Assembly: GCA_964106645.2 (NCBI GenBank)
Contig: OZ067042.1
Strand: one strand, 5' to 3'
Source of the DNA: Podarcis pityusensis
Lineage: Eukaryota
DNA length: 64,000 nt
A program made the position numbers and the translations under genes. The notes below the pieces were generated by a model. It had not been told where the DNA came from, did not search any database, and was given only the letters and a program-made list of their open reading frames with translations. Below are positions 1-11,764 of the stretch, in pieces; position 1 is the stretch's first letter; every line of letters begins with the position of its first letter.

Positions 1-31
1 CCCAATAAATATTAAAAAAATTAAAAAAAAA

Positions 32-192
32 TAAATGACCCCTGACAGTTAAGTCCAGTCGCGAACAACTCTGGGGTTGCGGCGCTCATCTTGCTTTACA
101 GGCCGAGGGAGCCGGCGTTTGTCTGCTCTGCAGGCAGTTTTTCCAGGTCATGTGGCCAGCATGACTAAGCTGCTTCTGGCGCAACGGAACAC
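32..192 (-). mobile_element. Sauria (Squam1) SINE, 5'-truncated 3' fragment
   Basis: Reverse complement matches the 3' half of the full copies at 7423-7788 and 28935-29293 (...CTCTGGGGTTGCGGCGCTCATC...GGTCATGTGGCCAGCATGACTAAGC). Carries the longer internal variant also seen in the 7423 copy. Confidence 0.85.
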
Positions 193-199
193 TGACACA

Positions 200-560
200 A
201 AAGCATCACACCAATCCACTTTTGTCTTACGGGCGGGGGATATGCCAAAAATGGAAACTAGTGGCTCCTGATCCATAATCATAAGGGCCAAACTACCCAG
301 GCATATGAGAGCTATAATCAGATCTCATAAAGTCTTTTAATTTTGGTATTTTACAAAACAGGGACTTGTAAGTTTCCTCCGCAGCCAGTAAGCAGGTGGT
401 AGTGGGTAAATTGTATCCAGGAATCAACAGAGACTAAATGGATTAAGGCAACATCTCAACCACGCAGCGCTGATTTAAATAATACCCCTCCCCAAAGCTG
501 CTCCAAGCTGAGGTAGGGAAAATATTAGGATAGCTGAATGGTAAAATTTGATTCCTAAAC
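200..560 (-). mobile_element. Degenerate L1-like LINE ORF2 C-terminal relic
   Basis: Minus-strand peptides PKLKDF (346-329) and EPLVSIFGI (267-241) lie about 26 codons apart and resemble the post-zinc-finger CPKL..FW...PL..LFG segment of non-mammalian L1 ORF2. Frame is broken and boundaries are approximate. Confidence 0.35.
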
Positions 561-3206
561 AAGGCATGACTGATTCATACAAATGTCTGCAGTGCCCAAA
601 TTTACTTTCATGTTGTGAGGGTTCTATATGACTAGGTATGTAATCAGCTGTACCACTGGCTATAGAATCTTTAAATCAGCTGACCAGGTAGGTTGGCCGG
701 GCTGGAAGTTCCAATGCATGCAGTTTTAGCAACAGTATGATTTCTGATGGCCAGTATATATGTTTGCCACAATTTCTCGTTTGCTGCTCCTTTTTCTGCT
801 CCTTAACTTTATCACAAGAAATTCTAGCACAAATTGCTATAAACACCTTTAAGTTCTGACCTCTACATTAAAATAAATTCTGGGGAGTTTACTCACAAGC
901 AGACTTGTGCTGGGAAATGTTGATAAGTATAATATATCTCATCTCAGTTTTTCTGCATGTTTGCTCACTAAATGTATCCCGGTTCTAGAGTAATAAAGGT
1001 TACTTTCTGTTAATTAAATAGAAATTGTTAATTGTTTATGCAGTGGAAAATAATACTATTTTCTTCTCTTACTGCAGAATTGCATGTCAGCATATTTAAC
1101 ATTGCTAAACTGTCACATGTTTTTATATCCTTAAATCAGTTGACATTTACATGTAGTTTTGTATTTTGCATGTAAATGGAAAAGTTTAATGGCTTTGAAC
1201 TGCAAATCAAAACCCATTGACAGAGCTTCCCCTCGGATATTTTTCTTTTTTGTCTTAAGAACATGACAGCATTGCTTTCTAAATATTTACACATAAGAGG
1301 GTAAAATGACTGTTTTTGACCGCAAAGGTTTTAGAAATATCTTCAATACATAATTAAACATGTAAGCTCTGAAATGAGAAATTCATATGATTTATCAAAT
1401 GCAAAATATGGAAACATGACTAATTATAAATCATTTTCAAGTGCTAAGAATTTTGTGGATTTGCATTCTGTACTGTGTGTATTTGCTACTTCTTGATTCT
1501 TAGACACTCAAGAAATTTTGTGTTGCTGTGACTTATATTGACGTGCTCATATATGAATGCCAGGGAGTCCTCTTAAAAAGAAAATAGTTATCCATCTGTA
1601 TTCAGTCCAAGTGAAAGATCCATGAGATGCCCCATAAAGTCCAAGAAAGGGAATAGATCTGTGTGCACAAGGAAATGTGCATGTATATTTGCTTCAATAA
1701 AATGAATAGGAATAAGTCTTTTGTGGAGAATAGCTCTTTGTGCCCCTTTCCTCTGATGCGAACAGAACTGGATTTCACCCCAAAGAATGGTCACACAAGT
1801 GTAGCCAGAACTGAAATTCCACATGCAGATATTATTTTAAGATAAAAAGGCACTAAACTATTCCAAGGTGAGTTCTGTCTGCCAGAGTAGCAACTGCAGT
1901 TCAGAGTGGAGGGCAGGGGGAGACACACTTGGACATGTTCAGTTCAGAATTGAAGTCTCTTCAAAATAAAATTGCAGAATAGCTTGGTTAATTCTGGGCC
2001 TAGTTTGGACCTAATCATACTTTTGATGACATTAGAAATGGAACAGAATTGGAATCCCTTTACCCAACCTCCTGTGATCTCCAGCCAGGGAAGAACTATT
2101 GGGGTGATAGCTTGGATCTGAGTTCGAGATGCTGTTTCTGAACATTGCCAATGTGCAGGTTGGTCTCTGTATGCTTACCAGGTGGTAAAGAGCAGAGAAC
2201 ACTTCTACTTTTCCTTGCTTTCCACTTTTCCCCAGTCCAGACAAACAATTAAAGAGGTCTGACTAACAGTGACTTTCCTGCCCCAATCTGCTTTCAAATC
2301 TCCTTAAAAACCCTTTTTTGAAGTTTGGGGAATGCTTCTGAATGGGGTAGACAGTTGTACAGGTTGCTGAGGGAGAAATAGGGATAAAGCAGCACAAACC
2401 CCACACAAACAGTGACCCAAGCACATATTACACCTCTAGAGTGGACACAGCTATAGATAGACCTATGGTCTGGCTGAGAATAAGACAGCTTCCTTTGTTC
2501 TTAATTATTAGATCTTATTCTTCCCTATGTTCTGCATTGCCTCTTTTAGCTTTGCTTCAAAGACAGGTTGCTACCTGTCCCCTGTTGCAAAGCTTTGCTT
2601 TCCCTCTCTGTGTTGAACCAAAGGCGAGACTGTTCCAGAAGGCCTGCAAACACTATATTGGTAGTCAAGATAACCTTGGGACTAGTTGGCAGTTGTTGCA
2701 AGGATGAGCTCATGGATGCTTATAAATGCCCTTGCTTTGATATATGCTAACTGCCTTGCTTTGATGCTGTGTTTACTTGTGGGCCCTGGGATGGTGGCCT
2801 CTTGGCCTAGAAAGGGAGTCTTGGAATTGATAGTTGCCACCTATGCCCTCATAGGTCAGGTGGGTTGATGAGAGATTCTAGCCCTATGGATGTATGCTGT
2901 CTTTTGTATAAGTTATGCTTAACATATTAGTGTTTTGCGGACAAGTCATCATGGCCTCTCACTGCCGCAATGTCTGAACCATATCTGCAATGGCAGTGGA
3001 CCTTCAGAGGCTGTGTTGCAAGTTTACATCTCCCTGTAAGAAAGCACTAGAACTGGCCATTCCGGTGTTTCTTTGGTATCCCTGCATCAAACCACTCGCA
3101 CAGGCCATCTGGGTTCAGAACACCCTCCCTTTCTGTGTTCTTTGACAATGCAGCTGCATGTTTCTGGTTACCTACTGGAGGATAATATATATTGTATACC
3201 ACATTA

Positions 3207-3539
3207 AAGGTAAAGGGACCTCTGACCATTAGGTCCAGTCATAGCCAACTCTGGGGTTGCGGCGCTCATCTCACTTTATTGGCCAAGGGAGCCGGCATAC
3301 AGTGGCCAGCATGACTAAGCCGCTTCTGGCGAACCAGAGGAGCGCACGGAAACGCCGTTTACCTTCCCGCCGGAGCGGTACCTATCTACTTGCACTTTGA
3401 CGTGCTTTCGAACTGCTAGGTTGGTAGGAGCAGGGACTGAACAATGGGAGCTCACCCCGTCGCGGGGATTTGAACCGCCGACCTTCTGATCGGCAAGTCC
3501 TAGGTTCTGTGGTTTAACCCACAGCGCCACCCGTGTCCC
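3207..3539 (-). mobile_element. Sauria (Squam1) SINE, near full length, with 12-bp TSD
   Basis: tRNA-like head (minus strand GGGACACGGGTGGCGCTGTGG...GGTTCAAATCC) and ACCTTT tail. Target-site duplication TATACCACATTA at 3195-3206 and 3541-3552. Small internal deletion near 3301 relative to the 28935 copy. Confidence 0.95.
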
Positions 3540-3721
3540 ATATACCACATTAGATCAGTCCAATTTGTTATCATTTTGATTTTAACAGAAATATGTATAT
3601 TTGATTTAATTTAAAATGCGAGGGGAGAAATCTTCACCTTTTATCTTTAGCAATATATTTCCTTTTTCCTTCTCTTTCTGTGTGTGTGGTGGGAGTGGGG
3701 GAACTACTGCAAGCACAGCTG

Positions 3722-3765
3722 TTTTTGAAAACGTAACACAGTATTTTTGAAAATGTAACACAGTA
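3722..3765. repeat. 22-bp tandem duplication
   Basis: TTTTTGAAAACGTAACACAGTA followed by TTTTTGAAAATGTAACACAGTA; one CpG>TpG difference. Confidence 0.9.
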
Positions 3766-4152
3766 TTCTTCCCACTGTGCTTTCTGTATAAGTTGTTGAG
3801 TGGTACTAATCCTATGAGAAACTGTAGTGCTAAAACATATTGCTGATCTGAATGTTTCAGTAATTAACATATGTTACTAAATTTGCTGAAATGAAAAACA
3901 TTATCTTTTAGGTCATTTCTTTCTTTCTTTTGCCACTTTAATTGAATAATGCAAGTTATTCATGAAAACCTGTATTTAAGTCAATGAAATGAAAGGTTCA
4001 TTTAAAACAACAATCAACGAGGATTATTCACAGGGAAACATTGAGGCTCCTATTTTATTGTGGATAGTTGTAAATGTTTTGTGTGAAGAATCCAATATGT
4101 AGCAGTATAAAATAACCTAGATCACATAATACAATTTCTTCTCCATTTTCAG

Positions 4153-4267
4153 GGTTCTCCAAAGCCAATTGCCATTGAGCCTTGCTCAGGAAACAAAGCA
4201 GCAGTACTTACGGTGTTTTTATGCCTGCCAAGAGGTTCATCAGGAGTCCCACCACCTGGTCAGTCAG
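4153..4267 (+). CDS. Internal coding exon (115 nt, phase 0 to phase 1) of an unidentified gene: GSPKPIAIEPCSGNKAAVLTVFLCLPRGSSGVPPPGQS(G)
   Basis: Strong acceptor TTTCTTCTCCATTTTCAG| and donor TCAG|GTAAGA. Open frame with protein-like composition and higher GC than its flanks. A second frame is also open but looks less protein-like. Gene not recognised. Confidence 0.8.
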
Positions 4268-4490
4268 GTAAGAATTCTCCTAAATAGCAGCTATGGCTCT
4301 GATTCATTTGTTGTTATCCTAAGTGTATACTGATTAGATATTTACATTAAAAAAAGAATTATAGAAGAATCAGCCTCCATTATAGTTGTCCAACCATACA
4401 AGTTGCTTTTCAGAATAAGGACCAGTTGCAATTTGTCAACTTGTTATAACTTACCTTCTCCCATATATACCTGCCCATTCATTCATTGAG

Positions 4491-4942
4491 CTCCTCATTG
4501 GAGGCCCTTCACCAGGTCCCCCTACCTAGTGAATTGGGTTGTTACTAGGGAGAGGGCTTTTTTGGTGGTGGCGCCATGCTCATGGGAATGCTTTCCCCAA
4601 AGAGGATAGCCTGGCACCCACGCTATGGTCTTTTATAGAGAAATTAAAACCTTTATTTTGTTCTGCAAGGCCTTTTAATGGGTATAGTTATCTGGTGCTT
4701 TTAGATAGCTGTACCATGTTATTCTGCTTCTGGTTGTTGTTGTTTTTTTCTGATATAAAATTGTTCCTAGATGCTATGCCTTTGTTGGGTTTTAGATGTG
4801 TTGGGCCCCCCCTATGTTTACATTATTTATACATGGTTTTGCTGTTTTTATGGCTTGAATTTAGTTTGTTGTACTTTTAATGGGTTTGTGAACTATCCAG
4901 AGAGCTATGATTTGTTGGCAGTATATACATTTAATAAATAAA
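4491..4942 (+). mobile_element. L2-type LINE 3' end
   Basis: GAGAGGGCTTTTTTGGTGGTGGCGCC...GGAATGCTTTCCCC motif (RAFSVVAP..WN.LP), T-rich 3' UTR, and terminal GTGAACTATCCAGAGAGC...AATAAATAAA. Confidence 0.7.
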
Positions 4943-4994
4943 CAAAACAACATGGTATATTATTCAATCACTTCTGTTTTCTTTTGAAGTCTAG

Positions 4995-4995
4995 T

Positions 4996-5043
<48 letters not shown>

Positions 5044-5058
5044 TCCTTCCTTCCTTTC
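4995..5058. repeat. (TTTC)n/(TTCC)n microsatellite
   Basis: Direct reading. Confidence 0.97.
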
Positions 5059-5831
5059 TGCCTTGCCTAGTGAGCTAATAAGCATTTTTTGCTCCGCCAC
5101 TGAAAATGCTGGCTTCCTTTGAGTTGTTGCTTTGTGCCAGGAAAATTAGAACAAAGCTGACAAGGCATGGTTTGTTGCGCTTCCTTTATGTTTACCGTTC
5201 AAACTGTTAACCCCTTTCCAGCTTCTTCACACTTCTCAGACCAGTCAAATAAAGACTAGTACCACACCTGTGTATACTATTCATTATAAAGATGCCACAT
5301 TTGAAACTGTTTGCAAAGTTATGTGCCCAGATGATCCTGTCTAGTTTGTTTTTGCCTGCCTTTCCACCTAATATGGGAACTCAAGACTGCCTCCAGTAAA
5401 ATATAAAAAAGGGATTCTTTTAGGTTTGCTAGGATGGGCTTAGAAAAAGGATGGGCATTAGGATTAAAACATAGCAGTATGTGTTTTAAACCAGCACGCC
5501 AACTGTAATTGTTAGAGTCTCTCTGAGATGGAAGTCTGCTACAGTGAACGTTCTACTCAAAGTGGGACGTGGGGAAATAACCCCATTTTGCTTCTAAACC
5601 ATTTCTCTAAATGATGTTACATAGCATCATCCTGAAGGGACTTCAGGACGGCCACCCAAAGAAGTGCTGGCACTGACTATTCAGCAAAGGCTTACCTCCT
5701 CCCTATTGCTAAAATCTCCCCTCTCTGATTTGCAACCCACAAAGGGGTAGCAAAATTGGAAGGAGATCTTTTGGCTTGGCATTAGCGATTTAGTTGAAAA
5801 GATTTAGTACATCATATTTACTCTAGCAGAA

Positions 5832-6009
5832 GGAAAGGTCCATAGAAAAATTATTAGGCAACAACTTTGCATGTAGATGGTCCTGGGTTCAATCCTCAGC
5901 ACCTCTAGGCAAGTTTGGGAATGTCTGTAATTTGAAACCCTGAAGAGCTGCTGTCAGCCAGTGTAGACAATACTGAACTACATGGACAAAGGCAACTTCC
6001 TATGTTCCT
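5832..6009 (+). mobile_element. tRNA-derived SINE (Squam3-like), diverged
   Basis: B-box GGTTCAATCC at 5886-5895, body GAAACCCTGAAGAGCTGCTGTCAGCCAGTGTAGACAATACTGA and tail CTTCCTATGTTCCT. Homologous to the copies at 39412, 40855 and 58305. Confidence 0.8.
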
Positions 6010-6128
6010 TGTTGACTACTATGTTTCTTGGAGAGTTTCCTGAGGGTGTTTGCTCTGTTTCATCACCGAATGTATAGCTGTTATTTCTTCCCTATTTTGC
6101 CCTCAACTTTTGCTCTTCCTCTCCCCAG

Positions 6129-6149
6129 TGCCTAAAATGTTTGTGTCAG
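6129..6149 (+). CDS. Candidate 21-nt microexon (would add VPKMFVS after the 4153-4267 exon)
   Basis: Long pyrimidine tract 6081-6126 ending CCCCAG|, donor CAG|GTAAGA, length 3n, no stop in phase 1. Confidence 0.4.
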
Positions 6150-7422
6150 GTAAGAAGGCAAGGGAAGCAAACCTAAATTTGCTGTTGGCAGCTGAAGCCT
6201 TGCCCTTCAGAGGGTCAGATTTGTTCGAGAGCTGCCACTTCCCAGCCCCTATATTATTGACTAGTATGCCACAGTGGGGCTAATTATAGTGGATAATTAT
6301 ATGTGATGGAAATGCAGTTTGGAACATTTCAATAAACAGCCTGGGGAATACTATGTAGCCACACAATATAAATATAGATGCTCTGGAAATTCTGCAATTC
6401 AAATAGCCAGAAAGGAAACTCTGAAACTAGAATAAATATTCCCAATTTAATATAAGACATAGGCTAGAGATTGTTGCTGTTATTTCATCATCTGCTTCTT
6501 CTCATGAGAAGTACACCATTAAAACCAAAGTGAAAGCACAGTACAAAGTACAGCAAACTTTGGGTACCAAGTAGTTATGTCCTGCCTTCTAACCCCTAAG
6601 ATCTCAAACTAAGACTTTTCTATTTATATGGATAGAAAATGGAGTGTTGGTTCATCTCCCTCAAAGTGGGGGGGATCAAATCCTCATCCATTACTATTTA
6701 CCCATTAATGGAGGTGTGTCTATGCCTATAGTCCTGATATACCCAGTACTGAATTATATGTATTTATATTTGTAATATCAACTAATGGAGTCATCTGAGG
6801 TGAAGATGCATATGCCCCAAAGGCCCCAATTATACCCACTGAAAGCTCTGCATGGAACAGGGATAGTATGGAGATGGCCTAGGATCTGGTGGGTCCAAGG
6901 GCCCTTCGTTCATGGAAGAAGCCCCAGAATCAGCCTTCCTTTGCCAGTCTCAATATGATGTAACTAATTTCCCTCCATTGGAGCCAATAAGGAAATACTA
7001 AAAAAAGCAAAGATCCATGTGGGAAAAATTCAGAACATCTGCCCTCCCTTTTCCTCCCTGGCCAGCACAAGCCAGTAGGACTTTTCAGTGCACATGGACA
7101 CCCCCCCCACACACACACACTTCATACACACCCCTATTGTCACTTCAGGTTGTCCTGCAAGGTAGTGTCCTCTGTATGGGCCAAGTTTTTAAAATCTGTA
7201 AATTTCCTCAGTTTATTTTATTTAACAGCAGTATAAGAAAATAAAGAAATCAAGGGTAATGATACCTTAGGAAATATTGAGGCTTGAGAGGAATATATGT
7301 CTGGATAGGAAACCTAGTACAGAACAATAGTTTTAAACATTATACATATGGAATTTATGGGAAGTTGGAGAGTACTTTTGTATCAGTATTTCCAGATTTG
7401 TCATAAAATATGTATACCGGTT

Positions 7423-7788
7423 GGGACACGGGTGGCGCTGTGGTCTAAACCACTGAGCCTAGGGCTTGCCGATCGGAAGGTCGGTGGTTCGAATCCCTGC
7501 GATGGGGTGAGCTCCCATTGCTCGGTCCCAGCTCCTGCCTACCTAGCAGTTTGAAAGCACATCAAAGTGCAAGTAGATAAATAGGTACTGCTCTGGCGGG
7601 AAGGTAAACGGCATTTCCGTGCGCTACTCTGGTTTCGCCAGAAGCGGCTTAGCCATGCTGGCCACATGACCCGGGAAAGCTGTCTCTGGATAAACGCTGG
7701 CTCCCTCGGCCAGTAAAGCCAGATGAGCGCAGCAACCCCAGAGTCATTTGCAACTGGACTTAACTGTCAGGGGTCCTTTACCTTTTTT
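7423..7788 (+). mobile_element. Sauria (Squam1) SINE, full length, with 13-bp TSD
   Basis: Head GGGACACGGGTGGCGCTGTGG, B-box GGTTCGAATCC, tail CCTTTACCTTT. TSD TATGTATACCGGT (7409-7421) / TATGTATACTGGT (7789-7801). Confidence 0.95.
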
Positions 7789-9304
7789 TATGTATACTGG
7801 TAATGTCTATTGAGGAATAAGACAGATTTGAAGTATTAATCTGTAGTAGTAATTCAAAAGGTCTTGTATAAAATGATGATAAACTTAGAAATAAGACCTA
7901 CTCTCTGCTAAGGGGATTGGGAAAGGAACTTAGGTACTATTATGTTGAATGAGACTTGGACCTTGTGATGGTACCTTGGATAAAAATTAACTTTGTGTAC
8001 AAAGCTTTTAAAAAATAAAATCAATTACCCCATCTAGGGAACGTGTGTACACAGCCAAAGAAAGCCTGTGAAATGTAGGAGGGGGAGAAAGGAAGGAGGA
8101 GAAATACGTGCTTTGCCAGCCCTCTGATGAATCCTTCCCCAAGTGCTGAGCATAGGACTGGCAGCGCCCTTTGCGCTGCAGTTCCCAAGCACCCACTTGA
8201 CAGCTGGCTGGCGAGAGTTTGGAAACCCTACACAAGGCATTAGGACAGGGTCAGAGAAGGTAGGTAGATGGACAGTATTTTTTTGTTAGAAAAAGAGTAA
8301 TATTCCTAATGCTTTGAGATGACAAGATACACAATCATGTGTACCCACTTAAATTGTTACAACTTTTTTCTCAATACCTTTTTTATGGCTTGGGTTTGAA
8401 AGTTTTAATGCAAATGTATTGTTTCCCTCTTTAAACAATACAATAAAAAGAGAGAAAAATCAATTTCTAATTAGATCTGAAATTTCTTAAGTGAATTCAC
8501 TAACATATCTTGCGTTCAGGCCTTAACTAAAAGTAGCAATGAGTTATCTGTTCCTTAGTGCTAATAGCTAGGGCTTAATTGCAAATAGCAGGACAAGTCA
8601 ATAGATTTCCCATATGCAAGCTGAAAATATAGAAACTAACCTACAGTGCTTTACTGTAAATAGTAAACCATCTCAAGCCTGCCTCTCTATAGCACCATTC
8701 GTGCTGATCTTTGCTGAATCAGTCATAAGGTCTGGCATTTGTTCTCTCACAGGACTGGCACAAGCCTAGAGGATGTGGCTGGTTTCTCTTCTCTTACCTT
8801 GCAAACAGCACCTCAAAATGTGTTGTCTTCTTCTTCTACTACTCAATCTGATATTGTTGGATCTTCTACAATATTGCTATGGGGCTTTTAATACTGAGAT
8901 TGGTTTGCAGCTCTGGGTATTTCCTTTGCCTTGAACTCCACAACTTACTAGATCAAGCAGTAAAACTATTGCTGTACCATACCATTCCATATTTCACACA
9001 TGGATCTCATGACTGATATTTTTTGCCTATGAACCTCTCCCTCTCAAAGAAAAACCTTCTTACACAAAATCTCATACTCATTCTTCTCTCTGGTGTGTGT
9101 GTGTGTGTGTTTAATGTGGAGGGGATTGTTGTTGTACTCAGTTGGGCATTGAATCTTGCAATTCTACCCCCCTAAAAATAAATAAATGAGTGAAGTAGTG
9201 AAGTCCAGGAATATTTTTATCACACAATCTTCTGGGTTTTGTGGACCAGGTCTTAGCTTAACGCACGCTGTTCATAGTCTGCTACTGCTCTTGTGTTGGC
9301 AAAC

Positions 9305-9617
9305 GAGAGAGCCTTTATTGTGGCTGCTCTATATTGCGGAATCCCCCCCCCCCCAAGAGAGGTTAGATTGGCTCCCTTCTTGTTATCTTTCCTATTCAGA
9401 GATGCCTTTGAAAACTAGATGCAGACGATATTGGGCTGCTGTCAGGGCAATTGATATTTTGATGCTGGTTCTCAATGTTCTTTATTGTACTTGTAATTTG
9501 TGTTCATTACTTTAGATTTTATAATAACATTTTTAAAATGTTGTAAGCTGCCTTGAATCCCAACTTGGGGGACAGGTGGGATATAAATACAATAAATAAA
9601 TAAATAAATAAATAAAT
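9305..9617 (+). mobile_element. Degenerate L2-type LINE 3' end with (TAAA)n tail
   Basis: GAGAGAGCCTTTATTGTGGCTGC...GGAATCCCCC remnant, terminal TGTAAGCTGCCTTGAATCCC...GGTGGGATATAAAT, and a (TAAA)n run at about 9591-9617. Confidence 0.6.
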
Positions 9618-9954
9618 AGGTAGATAGATTGATTTATTTTCTGAGGCAAATGCAACAAGAAAATTGAACAAGAAGAATACACTTTGAAAGCAATGACTGA
9701 TCAGAATCAGGTTTTCACCTTGTCCTGTGGAATGTTCCATGTCTTGTTACCTTTTGCCTTTTTGGATTTGCTTTAGTAAACCTCTTTCATGACCTACTAA
9801 ACACCCCTAGCATGATATGTTTTGCTCCTCAGGATCACTATTTGTGATAAACCATAATTAATATAACAGGGACTGATGCCTGAATGTGAAGTCTCTGTAC
9901 CAACTTGGACTAACTGACCTTTTAATTCCATTGAACCCTACAGTTCTACAAATC

Positions 9955-10022
9955 TATCCTAAGCATGTTTACTCAAAGTGAGCCTCACTGATATCAGTGT
10001 GATTTATTTCCAAGTAAGTGTA
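9955..10022. mobile_element. Short palindromic MITE-like repeat, family A
   Basis: ATCCTAAGCATGTTTACTC...AAGTAAGTG; related copies at 36079-36216, 37608-37697 and 43107-43198. Confidence 0.5.
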
Positions 10023-11495
10023 AATTTAGTTATTGCTTACTTGGCTGAAGCAGATATAAATTTGTCTACTTCACTGCTATCTTTGTTTAGTATACATTAA
10101 ATTATATGTTTGGGTGAAATATTTTGTAAGATTCTTATTTTCCTTCATATTTTTCCTTACTCTGAACTAGCCCACAAAGATTTGAAACCAAGATTTATAA
10201 TCTTTGCATCTACCCCTATCCCTAAAGTTTGGTTTCCAGGTTTTTTTTTATTGTTTGCAATGACACGTTCTCAGCTCTTCATTCTTGAGAATTTATTTTG
10301 CTCCTAGATTGTTCTCTCCATGTGGTTCAATATTTCATCCAAACTACATAGCCAGACCTTGAGTTCGTTATTTCCTTCACTTGCTGCCGCACCATTGGCA
10401 CTTGGCTCTTTCCAGATAATTTATTCATTACCTTATTGCCTCTTATATTCCTGTTGTCTGGTTTATTTTGTTTACTGCCCAAAGTCTTGGAGAGCTATAA
10501 TTTAGTCCTTCCTAGAACCTTGGATACAGCTGCTCTTAGACAGAAGCTGGTCTACCACTCAATCTCCCAGCAAACTTGTTGTACAATGAGGAGCTTAAGC
10601 TACTAAAAATGCAGAGTCAGTGCTTTCAAGGCAGAGGACTGTTCTGCTATAAGAATTTCATATCTCTGTGATGCTGGTCACTGCAACACATACATATGGC
10701 ATTTCTTACCACATCATTACATTTTGGCACATTTAGGACACAGTGGAAAAGTCTAGCAATAGTTATTTTACAGAAAAATCTGAAGTTTCTAAAGGAAAGC
10801 TTAATGAAGATTAAATGCTACTTTTACTTGCCCATATTTTGCAGGCTAGCATATGGAACAATCCATTAACTAGATTGGATACCTTGGAAGCTATCAGCTT
10901 GTTTCTAGAAATTACTAGGGAACTGCCCACAAAATTTCACAGGTGTCATGCTATTAGTATAGGACACTTCTAGGCCTTCCTCCCATTTGTCCTCATTCAT
11001 TGCCCCTTTTGCCTCCCAAATTTGGCTGATATCACACACCTACAACTATCTCGGCTCCCATCCTCTTCTCTTCCACCTCTATTTGCTCTGCTGGCATACA
11101 CACCCTTTTTCTCCCACATCAGACAGATGCCAACAACAACTCATGCGCTTGAGTTTCCTCTTCTCCTTCACTCTCTCCTACCTCCTATCATCCCTATGGC
11201 AACCTTTTTTTTTTTTTTTTTTACTACCACTACTTTTCTCCCTGGGTGAGGTGAATCAGTGCAGTAAAAATGGGGCCATTACACCAGGTTTCTGTTATGC
11301 CCACTATGTCTGTGCTGCCATCTAAGACTCTAGCTTACCCATCTTGGCTTGAAGGTTAAGCATATAAACACTTCTTTTCAGATGTCTTTGACACTTGCAT
11401 TTTAGCCAACGGTACTTTAGCCTCTCTGAATTGCTGGCATGTGCCCCTACATTCTCAATGCCTAGCTCTACCCCTCCCTCTCTTGAATGGCCATA

Positions 11496-11764
11496 TAGTG
11501 GTACCTTGGTTGTCGAACGTAATCTGTTCTGGAAGACCATTCGGCTTCCAAAACATTCAAAAACCGAGGCGCAGATTCCCATTGGTTGCAAGAGCTTATT
11601 GCGCTCAGCAGAAGCCGTGTCACATGTTCGAGTTCTGAAAAACGTTCAGAAATGGAAGCATTTACTTCTGGGTTTTCAGCGTTTGAGAACCGAAACATTC
11701 GACAACTGAGGCGTTCAGGAACTGAGGTACCAGTTTGAGGTACCTCAGTTCCTGAGGTACCACT
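11496..11764. mobile_element. Non-autonomous Tc1/mariner (Tigger/pogo-like) MITE
   Basis: Left end TA|TAGTGGTACCTTGG and right end GAGGTACCACT form AGTGGTACCT-type TIRs; the right end is rearranged by an inverted duplication. Confidence 0.75.

Noticed and set aside
1765-1873. Strong donor AAG|GTGAGT at about 1867
   Set aside because: All three frames from the plausible upstream acceptor near 1765 contain stops; no coding exon is supportable.
4153-4267. Assigning a gene symbol to the exon
   Set aside because: I could not match the peptide to a known protein from memory. A BLASTP search would settle it.
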